Counted from the stretch's first letter, positions 29,386 through 38,817 are shown. The stretch: 38,817 nucleotides of DNA from Candidatus Poribacteria bacterium (GCA_046582655.1 JAYGDX010000130.1:1-38817), one strand, 5' to 3'. A program made the numbers and translations. Notes: generated from the letters alone by a model not told the origin.

Positions 29386-29931
29386 ATGGCCAAAACTCCA
29401 GAAAATAAAGTTCATCAGAACCAAGAGATCACTGAGACCGAATCAGTAGTCTCCAAATCTGCCGACAACTTTATGGAAAGAAGTCAGCAGGATCTACAGG
29501 ATTTTCAGGCTGCCGCTGAACATATCAGCCAAGCTGTTGAGGCTTTGGATAACAAGAATTTCGATCAGGCTATTGAGCAATTTCAGAAGGCAATACAACA
29601 GAACCAGGAATCAGCAGAAGCGCATTTCTATCTAGGCCTGAGCTATTTCATGCTTGAGCAGTATGAAGAAGCGGTCATATCTTACAAGACAGCCATTGCC
29701 TGTGAACCCGGAGATTCGATGATGTACTTGCATTTAGGAATTGCCTGCCAAATACTTAATCGGCTGGAGGAAGCAGCCGAGGCCTACAAACACGCCATCG
29801 CGCTTAATCCTGATGATCCAGAAGGTTATTCCAAACTAGGGGCAGTTCTGTCAGATCTTGGGCAAAGAGATGAAGCGCGTATTGCCTTCAAGAAAGCAAT
29901 TGCAGTAAAGCTGAACGCTACAGATTCTTGA
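29386..29931 (+). CDS. TPR-repeat protein
   Basis: Canonical TPRs (AEAHFYLG...YEEAVISYKTAI; AAEAYKHAIALNPDD). Confidence 0.88.
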   Translation: MAKTPENKVHQNQEITETESVVSKSADNFMERSQQDLQDFQAAAEHISQAVEALDNKNFDQAIEQFQKAIQQNQESAEAHFYLGLSYFMLEQYEEAVISYKTAIACEPGDSMMYLHLGIACQILNRLEEAAEAYKHAIALNPDDPEGYSKLGAVLSDLGQRDEARIAFKKAIAVKLNATDS

Positions 29932-31842
29932 TTACCAATCTTTAAAAGCGTATGTCGGTTTCCCGCTCACCAATCCGATGATCCCCCAGACACTTCCAAT
30001 CGAGAATGCACCTAACACCAACCCCAGAAAGAAAGGAAACACTTTTCGATAAGCTCGGATTCCCCCATGCCTGAGAATCATCAGTTTAATAAGCCAACCA
30101 AGAAAGAAGGGAAGCCATAGTTTATCGAAATGATAATAACCGGCTAATGGATAACCTAGCGGATGAATCGGCCACCATAGAAATCGAAGACGCATGATGG
30201 TGTTGATCAAGACGAAGATGAATCCGAAACCGGTAGCCACCAGAAACATAATATCTGCTTCAATCGGATGTGTGATCCATCTCTCTATCACTGTATAGGC
30301 TGAAACCCCACGCCATGCACCAACACCACCCCATCTGTAATTCATCTGCAAAAACGCCCAGAAAGTAATTACAGATCCCAAGAAGGCAGCCAACACCATC
30401 ATTTTCCAAAGGTGCCGTGTGTTAATACCAGATCTATCTGCTAGCTTGAAACTTTCCAGCGTGAACGGCATCGGATTATTCCGCAACTCCTTGGTTGCCG
30501 TCCAAAGCGGAGCTGCAACCGTAAGCGTCTGTCGTGTTAACCTTCGACTTCCAACCATGGCTACCATGAGTTGTAGGGGACCAGAATAGTGAATGCCTTG
30601 CAAAGGAGGCCCAAGTTCTGCCCGCATCCGCGTAAAGGCAAACATAATCATAAAGTAGACGGCGAAAAACGAGAAGGCAAATGAAGCTGACATACCAGCC
30701 CAAGCAAAGAACCCCACTAGAAAAATTGTCCCTCCGATCATACCCATCAACGCGGTTCGATACCGCATCGGTTCGTTCCGGTCATCAGCTTCCTGTTTTA
30801 TCTGCCAAGCGTGGCGTACGGCACTAGTAATTGGTTTCCTGGCCAACCATATGGCCACAATAGAGATTCCCAGATATCCACCCAAAATTTGCTGATCGGG
30901 TAGTGGGTATCCCGACACATTAATCCCCATCATAGCGCCAACCACCCGTTGTATCTGCCAAACAATAAACAAAAACCAGCAGGAAAACAGGAGGTCTAAT
31001 GGAATCAGGAATGCTAAACCGATCGCATACGGATTCCAGTACATCGTCATTCTGGTAATCGCATTTAGCGGCGGTGAGGTGAAATGGGCTGATAATTTAT
31101 AACTAAGTGTCAGGGAGGGAACGAAAGGGAAAATATAACCCAGTCCATTAAGTAGACAAATTCCGCCAGCCACCAAGGCACCGATCCAGAAAAGTTGATT
31201 ACCGAAAAACAGACCGCCTTCAGTCTCAACGGTCATTTCAAAAGGAAGATGGACCAGTGGATAGCTCAGTTTTTCACGGTCAATCCACTGTTTTCGTATG
31301 AAAACAGTGATACATAACATGGTGAAGACCAAGACTGTCAGGTAAATTGACCAGAGAATCAACGGTTGCATCCAAGCGGCAACGTATTCTGTTCGGTAGA
31401 ATGACGATTCTCCCTCGATAAATTCGCGAATAACCTTATCGTCGTTAATAGTCAACTTTGAAGGAACATAATTCCAAAAGATTGAACTCCAATCGTTCTC
31501 CGGCGTAGCAAACCAGTGAGCCGTAATCAGGGTACAGAAGATGGTTTGGCTGAAATCATGGCCACTGACAGTAATTGCCATAATCAAGATAATATAGATC
31601 GTTAAAAGTTCCTTCTGTCTCAAGGCAAGATTTGGCAACAATCTTCGCAGCGGAACATTCAACATTACCACGAGCAACAAACTGAAGATGGCATTGAAAA
31701 AGATAGCCATCGTCGTTGGATATTGTGTGCCCCAGACCGTTTCCCACTGCACAACTAAATAGACATTAACCGGTAAAAAGAACAGGGCAATCAGCACCGC
31801 TCTGAAAGTGACGCCGCGGTTGTCTTCAGAATGTTTTAGCAT
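29932..31842 (-). CDS. Polytopic membrane protein, DUF6785/DUF6784-like (putative transporter)
   Basis: ELLTIY, WFATPENDW, RKQWIDREKLSYPL, RMRAELG, WWPIHPLGY, PFFLGLVLG; many TM helices. Confidence 0.78.
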   Translation of the reverse strand: MLKHSEDNRGVTFRAVLIALFFLPVNVYLVVQWETVWGTQYPTTMAIFFNAIFSLLLVVMLNVPLRRLLPNLALRQKELLTIYIILIMAITVSGHDFSQTIFCTLITAHWFATPENDWSSIFWNYVPSKLTINDDKVIREFIEGESSFYRTEYVAAWMQPLILWSIYLTVLVFTMLCITVFIRKQWIDREKLSYPLVHLPFEMTVETEGGLFFGNQLFWIGALVAGGICLLNGLGYIFPFVPSLTLSYKLSAHFTSPPLNAITRMTMYWNPYAIGLAFLIPLDLLFSCWFLFIVWQIQRVVGAMMGINVSGYPLPDQQILGGYLGISIVAIWLARKPITSAVRHAWQIKQEADDRNEPMRYRTALMGMIGGTIFLVGFFAWAGMSASFAFSFFAVYFMIMFAFTRMRAELGPPLQGIHYSGPLQLMVAMVGSRRLTRQTLTVAAPLWTATKELRNNPMPFTLESFKLADRSGINTRHLWKMMVLAAFLGSVITFWAFLQMNYRWGGVGAWRGVSAYTVIERWITHPIEADIMFLVATGFGFIFVLINTIMRLRFLWWPIHPLGYPLAGYYHFDKLWLPFFLGWLIKLMILRHGGIRAYRKVFPFFLGLVLGAFSIGSVWGIIGLVSGKPTYAFKDW

Positions 31843-31925
31843 TTACTATCTAGTCAGGAAAAGGTGGTGGCAGTAGAATTGTTTAAAATCTTCAAACAGG
31901 CGGAGGGAGTATTTCAAAAACAATA

Positions 31926-32000
31926 GAGGAAAAAGCAATGGTCACTTTTTCCTCATTTATTTAGCGGTGTTAAAAACATGACCCGTCATCTTTAACACCG
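31926..32000 (-). terminator. Two tandem hairpins downstream of the TIM-barrel gene
   Basis: GAGGAAAAAG/CTTTTTCCTC (31926-31954) and CGGTGTTAAA...TTTAACACCG with inner ATGA/TCAT (31965-32000). Confidence 0.55.
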
Positions 32001-32020
32001 GCAAATTTCGATATTTTCAG

Positions 32021-32779
32021 TTAACGGTTGAGTTCAGTCCATAGTGCACGATAAAAATTCATTAGGCGAATAGAATCCGAACTGCCGGCAATCTCAGCTA
32101 ACGTGAATCCTTGATACCCTGATTCCTTTAATAATGTAAAAAGCTCACGCCACGGATATTCTATACGATGCAATTCAGTAATATGAACCAGACCGATTTT
32201 ACCTTTCACCAGATCGAACGGTTTTTGCACAGAACCATCTTCTACCTCACCAAAATTTGAGTTCCAGCAGACATAGACATTTGGATGATCAGCCACATCC
32301 ATGATTGTACGAATATGGCGTAGTTCAGATGTTCCTCCACCGTGAACTTCCAGCCGAATCTGAACACCCAGATCACTTGCAAATTCACCACATTCACGCA
32401 GGGAGTTACCAATCTGCTCCAGCGTCTGCTCGACGGAAACTTCCTGAGGCAACCCATTCGGCCGCACCTTAATTCCCGGCGCCCCAACGTCTGCTGCCAA
32501 CTTGGAATATTCTTTGGTGCCTTCGATATTTTGGCGGACAACGTCCTGATCAGTAGAATGATAATCAAAAGCTGATCCTAGTCCGGCCAACTCAACCGAC
32601 GAATCTTCAAAAGTTTGGCGTACCCCTTCACGCTGGGTGGCCGATAGTTCAACTTCCACTGTGTGTGCGTGAGTGGTTCGGAGTTCAACACCTTCGAATC
32701 CTGTCTCTTCGCAATTTTTAATAATTGTAGGGACGTCCCAATCTTTGGCCATGTTGTAAGTGACTAATCCAAGTTTCAT
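32021..32779 (-). CDS. Sugar phosphate isomerase/epimerase (xylose isomerase-like TIM barrel)
   Basis: GFEGVELR, IRLEVHG, VHITE, GYQGFTLAE; GGAG RBS. Confidence 0.87.
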   Translation of the reverse strand: MKLGLVTYNMAKDWDVPTIIKNCEETGFEGVELRTTHAHTVEVELSATQREGVRQTFEDSSVELAGLGSAFDYHSTDQDVVRQNIEGTKEYSKLAADVGAPGIKVRPNGLPQEVSVEQTLEQIGNSLRECGEFASDLGVQIRLEVHGGGTSELRHIRTIMDVADHPNVYVCWNSNFGEVEDGSVQKPFDLVKGKIGLVHITELHRIEYPWRELFTLLKESGYQGFTLAEIAGSSDSIRLMNFYRALWTELNR

Positions 32780-32861
32780 ATAATTTCTCCAATCCTTGAC
32801 GGTTAATTTTAATTTATTTACTCGAAAACTCTGAAATGCGAATTCTGAACTTCAGCATATT

Positions 32862-33353
32862 CTAAATTGGTGAGGGCGGTTCCGAAACAATAGCGATATT
32901 CTTGGGCCCCTTAAAATTCAAAACGATTTCCTGGTACCGCACATCGTTATCCTGATAAAAATTCTTGATCGCTGCTAATAACTCCTTCTGACCACGTCGA
33001 TGCTGATCCCAAAAATTACAGCATGGAATCATCACCACCGGTCGGGTTAGAGCTGCCTCTCCCAACTCACGTAACGCACCATCTGGATGCAATCCGATCA
33101 GCAAATCATAATAGTCGGTCATTTCCGGCAGAAAAGGTTCTCGCCGATGTTTGATACCTTTGACCGATTTTTGGCGTGGATCTATTAATTCACAATCCAG
33201 GTTTTTTTTATTCAACATACGTGTCAGAACCCCTTTGCCACCAGCCACGTCAGCAATATAGCGTACTCGCTTACCAAACTGGGTTATCACAAAGTCAGCC
33301 ACTACCTGAAACCGATTGGGATCTCCACACACCTGATGTTGTTTTCTAGACAT
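32862..33353 (-). CDS. Small class I SAM-dependent methyltransferase-like protein
   Basis: IADVAGGKG, LIDPR, LIGLHPD, IPCC; ATG at 33353. Confidence 0.7.
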   Translation of the reverse strand: MSRKQHQVCGDPNRFQVVADFVITQFGKRVRYIADVAGGKGVLTRMLNKKNLDCELIDPRQKSVKGIKHRREPFLPEMTDYYDLLIGLHPDGALRELGEAALTRPVVMIPCCNFWDQHRRGQKELLAAIKNFYQDNDVRYQEIVLNFKGPKNIAIVSEPPSPI

Positions 33354-33449
33354 CAATTACTCTTAACATTTAACCTCAAGCCAAATTTTTGGCATCAGGC
33401 TAATAATTACAATTTCATTGGGCCCTGCGGGACCTAAGTCGCAGCTGAA

Positions 33450-33478
33450 AATTTATCTCAGGCAGACCGATTTGTCAA
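33450..33478 (-). promoter_or_regulatory. sigma70 promoter for the methyltransferase-like gene
   Basis: Minus-strand TTGACA (33478-33473), 17 bp, TAAATT (33455-33450). Confidence 0.55.
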
Positions 33479-33502
33479 CGATTAAATAGAAATTCTCCTG
33501 AC

Positions 33503-33531
33503 TTGACTCTGGTTAGTTGCTATGCTAAACT
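33503..33531 (+). promoter_or_regulatory. sigma70 promoter for coaX
   Basis: TTGACT (33503-33508), 17 bp including TG, TAAACT (33526-33531). Confidence 0.55.
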
Positions 33532-33558
33532 AGCCTTGAACGGGCGGGACGATTTATA

Positions 33559-34335
33559 ATGATTCTGGCAGTTGATATCGGCAACACAACCATTCAACTT
33601 GGGGTTATCGAAGACAATCAAATTCAGAATCGCTGGAGGCTTCAAACCAATCGACTGAAGTTGGCCGATGAATACGCGGTGCAAGTATCCGAACTGTTCC
33701 GTTTAAACAATATCGTCATGTCGAATTTTGAGGCGGTGGTTGTCAGTTCGGTTGTTCCTTCAGCCGGTCGGGAATTCACTGTCATGTGCCGTCACTATCT
33801 TGAGATTGAGCCAGTCATCGTGTCACCGGACCTTGATCTGGACATTGATTTACGTGTCAATCAACCGGAAGAGATTGGAGCGGACCGAATAACAACGGCT
33901 ATTGCCGCCTTTTCGGAGTATGGGGGACCGTTAATTGTTGTTGATTTCGGTACAGCCACTACCTTCGATGCAATAGCTGACGATGGTGCCTATCTTGGTG
34001 GAGTAATCGTTCCAGGCATCCAGATATCAATGAATGCCTTATTTGATCAGGCAGCACTTCTCAGCAGGGTTGATCTATCAATGCCTCCACGCGTTATCGG
34101 TACAACCACCAAAGAATGTATTCAATCGGGATTTTACTTTGGGTTCCTGTGCCAGATGGAAGGAATAATTGATCGAATCAAAGAGGAACTGAACTCAGCA
34201 GTCAAAGTCATCGCCACTGGCGGATTGTCATCACTAATTGCCGAGAATTCTGCCAAGATCGATATTGTTGATCCCGATCTAATGATAAAAGGGCTTTATA
34301 CAATTTTCCAACAAATCCAGAAGAAAAACAGATGA
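33559..34335 (+). CDS. coaX: Type III pantothenate kinase
   Basis: DIGNT, SSVVP, GADR, VDFGTATTFD, GGVIVPG, ATGG. Confidence 0.95.
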   Translation: MILAVDIGNTTIQLGVIEDNQIQNRWRLQTNRLKLADEYAVQVSELFRLNNIVMSNFEAVVVSSVVPSAGREFTVMCRHYLEIEPVIVSPDLDLDIDLRVNQPEEIGADRITTAIAAFSEYGGPLIVVDFGTATTFDAIADDGAYLGGVIVPGIQISMNALFDQAALLSRVDLSMPPRVIGTTTKECIQSGFYFGFLCQMEGIIDRIKEELNSAVKVIATGGLSSLIAENSAKIDIVDPDLMIKGLYTIFQQIQKKNR

Positions 34336-34586
34336 GTCAGAAGCAGATTTACATCATCGCAGGTATCGCTTGTTTTATCCTGCTTGTTTTGGCAATTCTG
34401 CTAGGAGTTTCCCAAGCCAAGCAAAATAACATCAATCAAGAGCTCATCACCATCACTGACGAGAAAATTCAATTGGAAAAGGAATTGGATCGAACGCAGC
34501 GAGAACTTAAGGCTAAAATTCAACAAATTCAAGCGCTAAAAGGAATGATTAAAGACATTCAAGGATCCAGCCCCAATTCTCCTTGA
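34332..34586 (+). CDS. Small single-TM coiled-coil protein
   Basis: ATGA overlap with coaX; N-terminal TM helix followed by heptads. Confidence 0.65.
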   Translation: MSQKQIYIIAGIACFILLVLAILLGVSQAKQNNINQELITITDEKIQLEKELDRTQRELKAKIQQIQALKGMIKDIQGSSPNSP

Positions 34587-34809
34587 CCAGACAATTCCTA
34601 ATTGAGATCTACCCGACCAGCTTTGATAGATCCAGCAAGTTGGAAAATAAAATACTGCTTAGCATGCACTCTCCAATATCACATTAGCTTCGCTTATCAT
34701 GGACACTCGGTTCATAATCCGAAAATTGTGTGGATACCGTTGTTCTGTTTATCCCAATTCATATGAACAATGGGGGATTTCACTTCCCCTTTCAAAACCA
34801 GGAGTCATT

Positions 34810-36516
34810 ATGCCATCAAGAAAGATTTGTGCTTTTTTAACTTCAATTTTATTGTTTGGGTGTCTGCCACCAATGGTTTTTTGGGCCGAGGCTGAGAAAA
34901 GACTGCCAGCAAGAGGACAAAAAGGTATGGTCAGCACGTCCCATCCACTGGCATCCAAGACAGGGATAGAGATACTGAAACGAGGAGGAAACGCAATAGA
35001 TGCCACCGTGGCAACCGCCTTTGTCCTTGGTGTGGTGGAACAATACAGTTCAGGAATTGGTGGAGGCAGTTTAATCCTGATTCGTCTGGCTGACACCGGT
35101 GAAGTTCTGTCTGTAGATGCACGCGAAACAGCACCGCTGAAATCGAATCGAGACATGTATCTTCGTGACGGTAAAGCCGTACCTAGCCTAAGCAGAACCG
35201 GCATTCTGGCTGGGGGTGTCCCCGGAACAGTAGCCGGACTGGCACTGATTCTGAAAAAGTATGGGACCATGTCGCTGGCGGAAATTATGGAACCATCTAT
35301 ACACTATGCCGAGAACGGTTTCAAACTGACTCAACGACACATCAATGCCATCAAATCAAGCAGGAAAAAGCTGGAGAAATTCCCTGAGAGTGCGAAGATC
35401 TATCTTCCGAACGGTCAATTGCCGGAAACCGGATCATTGCTGATACAATATGATTTGGCCTCCACCTTGAAGTCAATTGCACGTAATGGTCCAAATGCTT
35501 TCTATCATGGGGAGATCGCCAACAAAATGGTGAAGTTCATGGAGAAGGACGGAGGATTAATTACCGCTACCGATTTGGCTGCGTATCAAGCTAAAGTCAG
35601 GAAACCGATTCATGGAACCTATCGCGGGTACGATATCTATTCAATGCCACCGCCCAGCTCTGGCGGGATCCACATGATACAGATTCTCAATATCTTGGAG
35701 GATTACGATCTAAGTAAAACTAAGCGGTACGGTGCTGAGTTTACCCACCTGCTAGCAGAAGCAATAAAACTGGCCTTTGCCGATCGTGCCCACTTCCTTG
35801 GAGATTCAGATTTCGTTGATGTTCCGATCAACGGACTGATTTCAAAGTCTTACGCCAACAAACAAAGGTCGAAGATCAATGCCAATCAAGTACTGGATCT
35901 TGAAAGGCACGGAAACCCGTTACCTTATGAAAGTGAAAACACGACACATTTTTCAGTATTGGATCAAGATGGCAACGCAGTATCTATCACCCAGACTGTC
36001 AATACCTCTTTTGGATCCGGAATGATCATCGAGGGCACCGGAATTATCCTCAACAACGAGATGGATGATTTCAGCGCTCAACCGGGCGTTCCCAACATTT
36101 ATGGTTTGGTTGGCGCTGAAGCGAATTCGATCGCGCCGCAAAAAAGACCGCTAAGCAGCATGAGTCCAACCATCCTGGTCAAAGACGGCCAAACGTTTAT
36201 GGTGATCGGTAGCCCAGGTGGTCCGCGCATTATTACTACAGTGGTACAAGCTATCATCAATGTTATTGATTATGGAATGGATATCCAGTCAGCTGTCGAC
36301 GGTCCTCGAATTCATCATCAATGGAAACCGAACAAATTGCGTGTCGAAGCTGACTATCCGATTGATACTTTAACAACATTGTTGAATTTGGGCCACCAAA
36401 TTGAACAAAAAGGCAGTTGGAGCCTGGCACACGGAATTATTTTTGAAGCCAACACTGGAATTATCTATGGCGGTGCGGATCACCGAAATCAGAATAGCCT
36501 GGCCATTGGTTGGTAA
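34810..36516 (+). CDS. ggt: Gamma-glutamyltransferase
   Basis: Start reassigned to ATG 34810 (AGGAG RBS, signal peptide); GGNAIDA, GIGGG, DARETAP, PPPSSGG, NTTHFSV nucleophile, NNEMDDF, PLSSMSP, GSPGG. Confidence 0.95.
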   Translation: MPSRKICAFLTSILLFGCLPPMVFWAEAEKRLPARGQKGMVSTSHPLASKTGIEILKRGGNAIDATVATAFVLGVVEQYSSGIGGGSLILIRLADTGEVLSVDARETAPLKSNRDMYLRDGKAVPSLSRTGILAGGVPGTVAGLALILKKYGTMSLAEIMEPSIHYAENGFKLTQRHINAIKSSRKKLEKFPESAKIYLPNGQLPETGSLLIQYDLASTLKSIARNGPNAFYHGEIANKMVKFMEKDGGLITATDLAAYQAKVRKPIHGTYRGYDIYSMPPPSSGGIHMIQILNILEDYDLSKTKRYGAEFTHLLAEAIKLAFADRAHFLGDSDFVDVPINGLISKSYANKQRSKINANQVLDLERHGNPLPYESENTTHFSVLDQDGNAVSITQTVNTSFGSGMIIEGTGIILNNEMDDFSAQPGVPNIYGLVGAEANSIAPQKRPLSSMSPTILVKDGQTFMVIGSPGGPRIITTVVQAIINVIDYGMDIQSAVDGPRIHHQWKPNKLRVEADYPIDTLTTLLNLGHQIEQKGSWSLAHGIIFEANTGIIYGGADHRNQNSLAIGW

Positions 36517-36519
36517 AAA

Positions 36520-36544
36520 CATACCTTAGCATACCTTAGCATAC
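36520..36544. repeat. 10-bp direct repeat (CATACCTTAG x2.5)
   Basis: CATACCTTAG CATACCTTAG CATAC just upstream of a -35 box. Confidence 0.8.
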
Positions 36545-36552
36545 GAAATTTC

Positions 36553-36581
36553 TTGACATTATCTGAGTTCACTTGTATGGT
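36553..36581 (+). promoter_or_regulatory. sigma70 promoter for the HMA lipoprotein pair
   Basis: TTGACA (36553-36558), 17 bp, TATGGT (36576-36581). Confidence 0.55.
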
Positions 36582-36616
36582 TATGGTTAAATTAAACAAA
36601 TACGGGGGAAAATACT

Positions 36617-36979
36617 GTGTATTTGCTCAGAATCAGCTTGATTTGTCTGTTTGTGATTGGTTTGATGGTTGGTTGCGCTTCCCAGAAAACTGAAGTCGCT
36701 GAGGAAAGTGCTGTACCCGAAAGTGCTGTACCCGTCACCAAAGAAAGTGCTGCACCGACAGCACCCGCCGCCACGGAAGTTAGCTTAGCTGTTACCGGCA
36801 TGACGTGCGGCGCTTGCGTTGCCAAGGTGCAGGGCGCACTGGCTAATATTGATGGCGTAATTAACGCAGCTGTATCAATGCCAGGTTCAGCTGTTGTCAA
36901 AGTCAACGAAAAGGTAACTGTTGCTCAACTAACCGAAGCTGTTACTGGTGCAGGGTTTAGTGCCAAAGTTTCTGAATGA
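36617..36979 (+). CDS. Heavy-metal-associated (HMA) domain lipoprotein
   Basis: Lipobox MVG-C; Ala/Pro/Glu linker; GMTCGAC; AGF loop. Confidence 0.85.
   Translation: MYLLRISLICLFVIGLMVGCASQKTEVAEESAVPESAVPVTKESAAPTAPAATEVSLAVTGMTCGACVAKVQGALANIDGVINAAVSMPGSAVVKVNEKVTVAQLTEAVTGAGFSAKVSE
36704..36757 (+). repeat. In-frame 15-bp repeats encoding an ESAVP linker
   Basis: GAAAGTGCTGTACCC at 36704 and 36719; degenerate copy at 36743. Confidence 0.85.
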
Positions 36980-37051
36980 CAACCGTCTTTAGCCATATTT
37001 GACTTTGCTGTTACAAATAATGTGATTTATTAACCACAAGAGGAAAACATC

Positions 37052-37378
37052 ATGTATCTGCTTAGAATTAGTTTCATCTGCTTACTTGCTGTGGGGATGA
37101 TGGTGGGTTGTGCTTCCAAAACAGCTGAAATCTCTGAGACACCCGCTACCCAGGAAGTCAATTTAACTGTAGGTGGTTTGGAGTGCGGCAAATGTGTTAA
37201 CAAAGTGCAGGTGACACTGGCCAGCCTCGACGGTGTCTCCAGCGCCAACGTTTCATTGCCGGACCTCGCCGCTGTTATCATTAATCCAGGTAAAATCACC
37301 ACCGCTCAACTGACAGCCGCTGTGGCTGGTGCCAAAAGCTGCTGCCCATCAGATTTTACTGCTCAGGTAACTGAATAG
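37052..37378 (+). CDS. Second HMA-domain lipoprotein (paralog) with an extra CC motif
   Basis: Same MYLLRIS...MVGCAS leader; GLECGKC; KSCCPSDF insertion. Confidence 0.82.
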   Translation: MYLLRISFICLLAVGMMVGCASKTAEISETPATQEVNLTVGGLECGKCVNKVQVTLASLDGVSSANVSLPDLAAVIINPGKITTAQLTAAVAGAKSCCPSDFTAQVTE

Positions 37379-37424
37379 ATCCATATTAGGCTCAGTTGTC
37401 TAAGCTGATCCAAAGATATTAATC

Positions 37425-37458
37425 AAAGGCCGAGAAAGCTTAATTCTCGGCCTTTTTT
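37425..37458 (+). terminator. Rho-independent terminator
   Basis: AAAGGCCGAGAA-7nt-TTCTCGGCCTTT continuing into a T6 run. Confidence 0.88.
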
Positions 37459-37724
37459 ATTATAAATACTTTTTGGTTCAAAATTCCTTCCAGTATGAAC
37501 CAAAATTAGATACGATCGTACTAAAAGACATACCTACTCTTAGTTAAAAGTAATTTTTTGCTACGCACAAATAATCTTTGATGATAGTATGTAATTCATA
37601 GAATTCAGCGGATTAAATATTATCCACAAGCATTGCCACGATTACATTCGACCGAATCATCTTACATGCTGTTACACCATCCCAAAAAACAATTATCTGA
37701 TTTAAATGACAAGGAAATTGAAAG

Positions 37725-38093
37725 ATGAAAATTATCGTTGTGGATGACGAACCTGATGTGCAATTTCTGTTCAAGCAGAGATTCCGGCGGGAGATTCGAA
37801 AAGAGGAAATCGAATTCAATTTCTTCCTGTCGGCTGGGGAGGTCATCGACTACCTATCCACTACTGATAACATTGATATTATCCTGATCCTTTCAGATAT
37901 TAATATGCCGGGCATGAATGGACTTGAACTACTCAAAATCATTAAAGAGAAAGCACCGAGACAGAAGGTATTTATGATTACGGCCTACAGAGATGAGCAT
38001 AATTATAAAACAGCTGTTGAATACGGGGCAGATGATTACCTAACCAAGCCACTTGATTTTAGTGGCCTCAAGGAAAAAATACTTAGTTTATAG
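37725..38093 (+). CDS. Single-domain response regulator
   Basis: VVDDE, SDINMPGMNG, MITAY, YLTKP. Confidence 0.93.
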   Translation: MKIIVVDDEPDVQFLFKQRFRREIRKEEIEFNFFLSAGEVIDYLSTTDNIDIILILSDINMPGMNGLELLKIIKEKAPRQKVFMITAYRDEHNYKTAVEYGADDYLTKPLDFSGLKEKILSL

Positions 38094-38123
38094 AACAACT
38101 TCATTTTTAAAGTGGGTGTCACT

Positions 38124-38817
38124 ATGGAGCAAGAACAGGGTGTTGTTTTTGCCAAAATACTAGTTGTTGATGATGAACCAGATTTGGAAGTGCTGGTTCG
38201 GCAAAAGTTCCGTCGAAAAATCCGCAGAGGAGAATATGAATTTATCTTTGCCCAAAACGGTGTAGAAGCCTTAAAAGCGCTGGAATCAGAACCAGATACC
38301 AATCTAGTTTTAACCGACATAATATGCCGGAAATGGATGGACTTACGCTCTTATCGGAGTTGCTGAGTCTGGATCTTGTTCTTAGATCGGTCGTCGTTTC
38401 AGCTTATGGTGATATGCAAAATATCCGAACGGCCATGAATAGAGGTGCTATTGATTTTATCACCAAGCCAATTGATTTTCAGGATTTAGAAGTTACCATT
38501 GCTAAGACTTTAGAAGACGTATTGCAATTGAAAACGGCACTAGAACGGGAAAAGCAGGCGCGTGAAGCATTAGAACAACTTAACAATCAATTGGAAGAGA
38601 GAATTACTGAACGTACTAGGGAACTGGAAGAAGCCAACGCCAAACTGGCTGAATCGGAGAGAGAAGCCAGGTATGAACTTGAAGAAGCCTACCAGATGCA
38701 GGTTGGGTTGCTACCGGATACGGCACCGGAATTACCCGGCATTCAGGTTTTTGGTCAGAGTATTCCTGCTAAAGACGTTGGTGGTGATTTCTTTGACTAT
38801 TTGAGTTGCCAGGATAA
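38124..38817 (+). pseudogene. Receiver-coiled coil-PP2C (RsbU/SpoIIE-type) phosphatase gene with a 1-bp deletion; runs off the window
   Basis: VVDDEPD...LTDI, then the frame changes at ~38320 to NMPEMDG...SAYGD...FITKPID...AYQMQVGLLP...PAKDVGGDFFD. Could be a real frameshift or a sequence error. Confidence 0.8.

Noticed and set aside
36520..36757. Short repeats as a CRISPR array
   Set aside because: Units are 10-15 bp, essentially tandem, with no spacers and no cas genes
36977..36979. Possible Sec read-through at other TGA stops (also 734 and 12000)
   Set aside because: At 36977 and 12000 the stop matches the end of a paralogous domain; read-through adds only short tails and I saw no convincing SECIS

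Overview
Gene-dense bacterial chromosomal window from a Gram-negative-type organism. PhyH and Gfo/Idh/MocA enzymes, a PQQ-propeller/methyltransferase fusion and a DUF6785-type membrane protein suggest Ca. Poribacteria or a related lineage (inference only). The main feature is an ~11.5 kb selenium locus (13453-24911). Its + arm has a near-consensus sigma70 promoter, a perfect 20-bp palindrome, a porin, a PhnD-family putative selenate ABC importer, then senA, selD/senC and senB (selenoneine biosynthesis). Its convergent - arm has egtD and an EgtUV/OpuB-type betaine ABC transporter. Two genes are mis-called by the ORF track because of in-frame TGA codons. selD really starts at 19497 and has Sec at the catalytic site (CG-U-AAK) with a clear SECIS hairpin. 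senB is one continuous 338-codon frame interrupted only by a TGA at codon 159, followed by a foldable SECIS-like stem, so it is a candidate SenB selenoprotein. The rest of the window holds a sugar-acid dehydratase divergent from a KanJ-like dioxygenase and oxidoreductase pair, hisG, envelope proteins, an enolase-superfamily gene remnant, coaX, ggt, two tandem HMA lipoproteins and a frameshifted receiver-PP2C phosphatase gene running off the right end. No rRNA, tRNA, CRISPR array or mobile element was seen. All family assignments are from motif recognition, not database searches.
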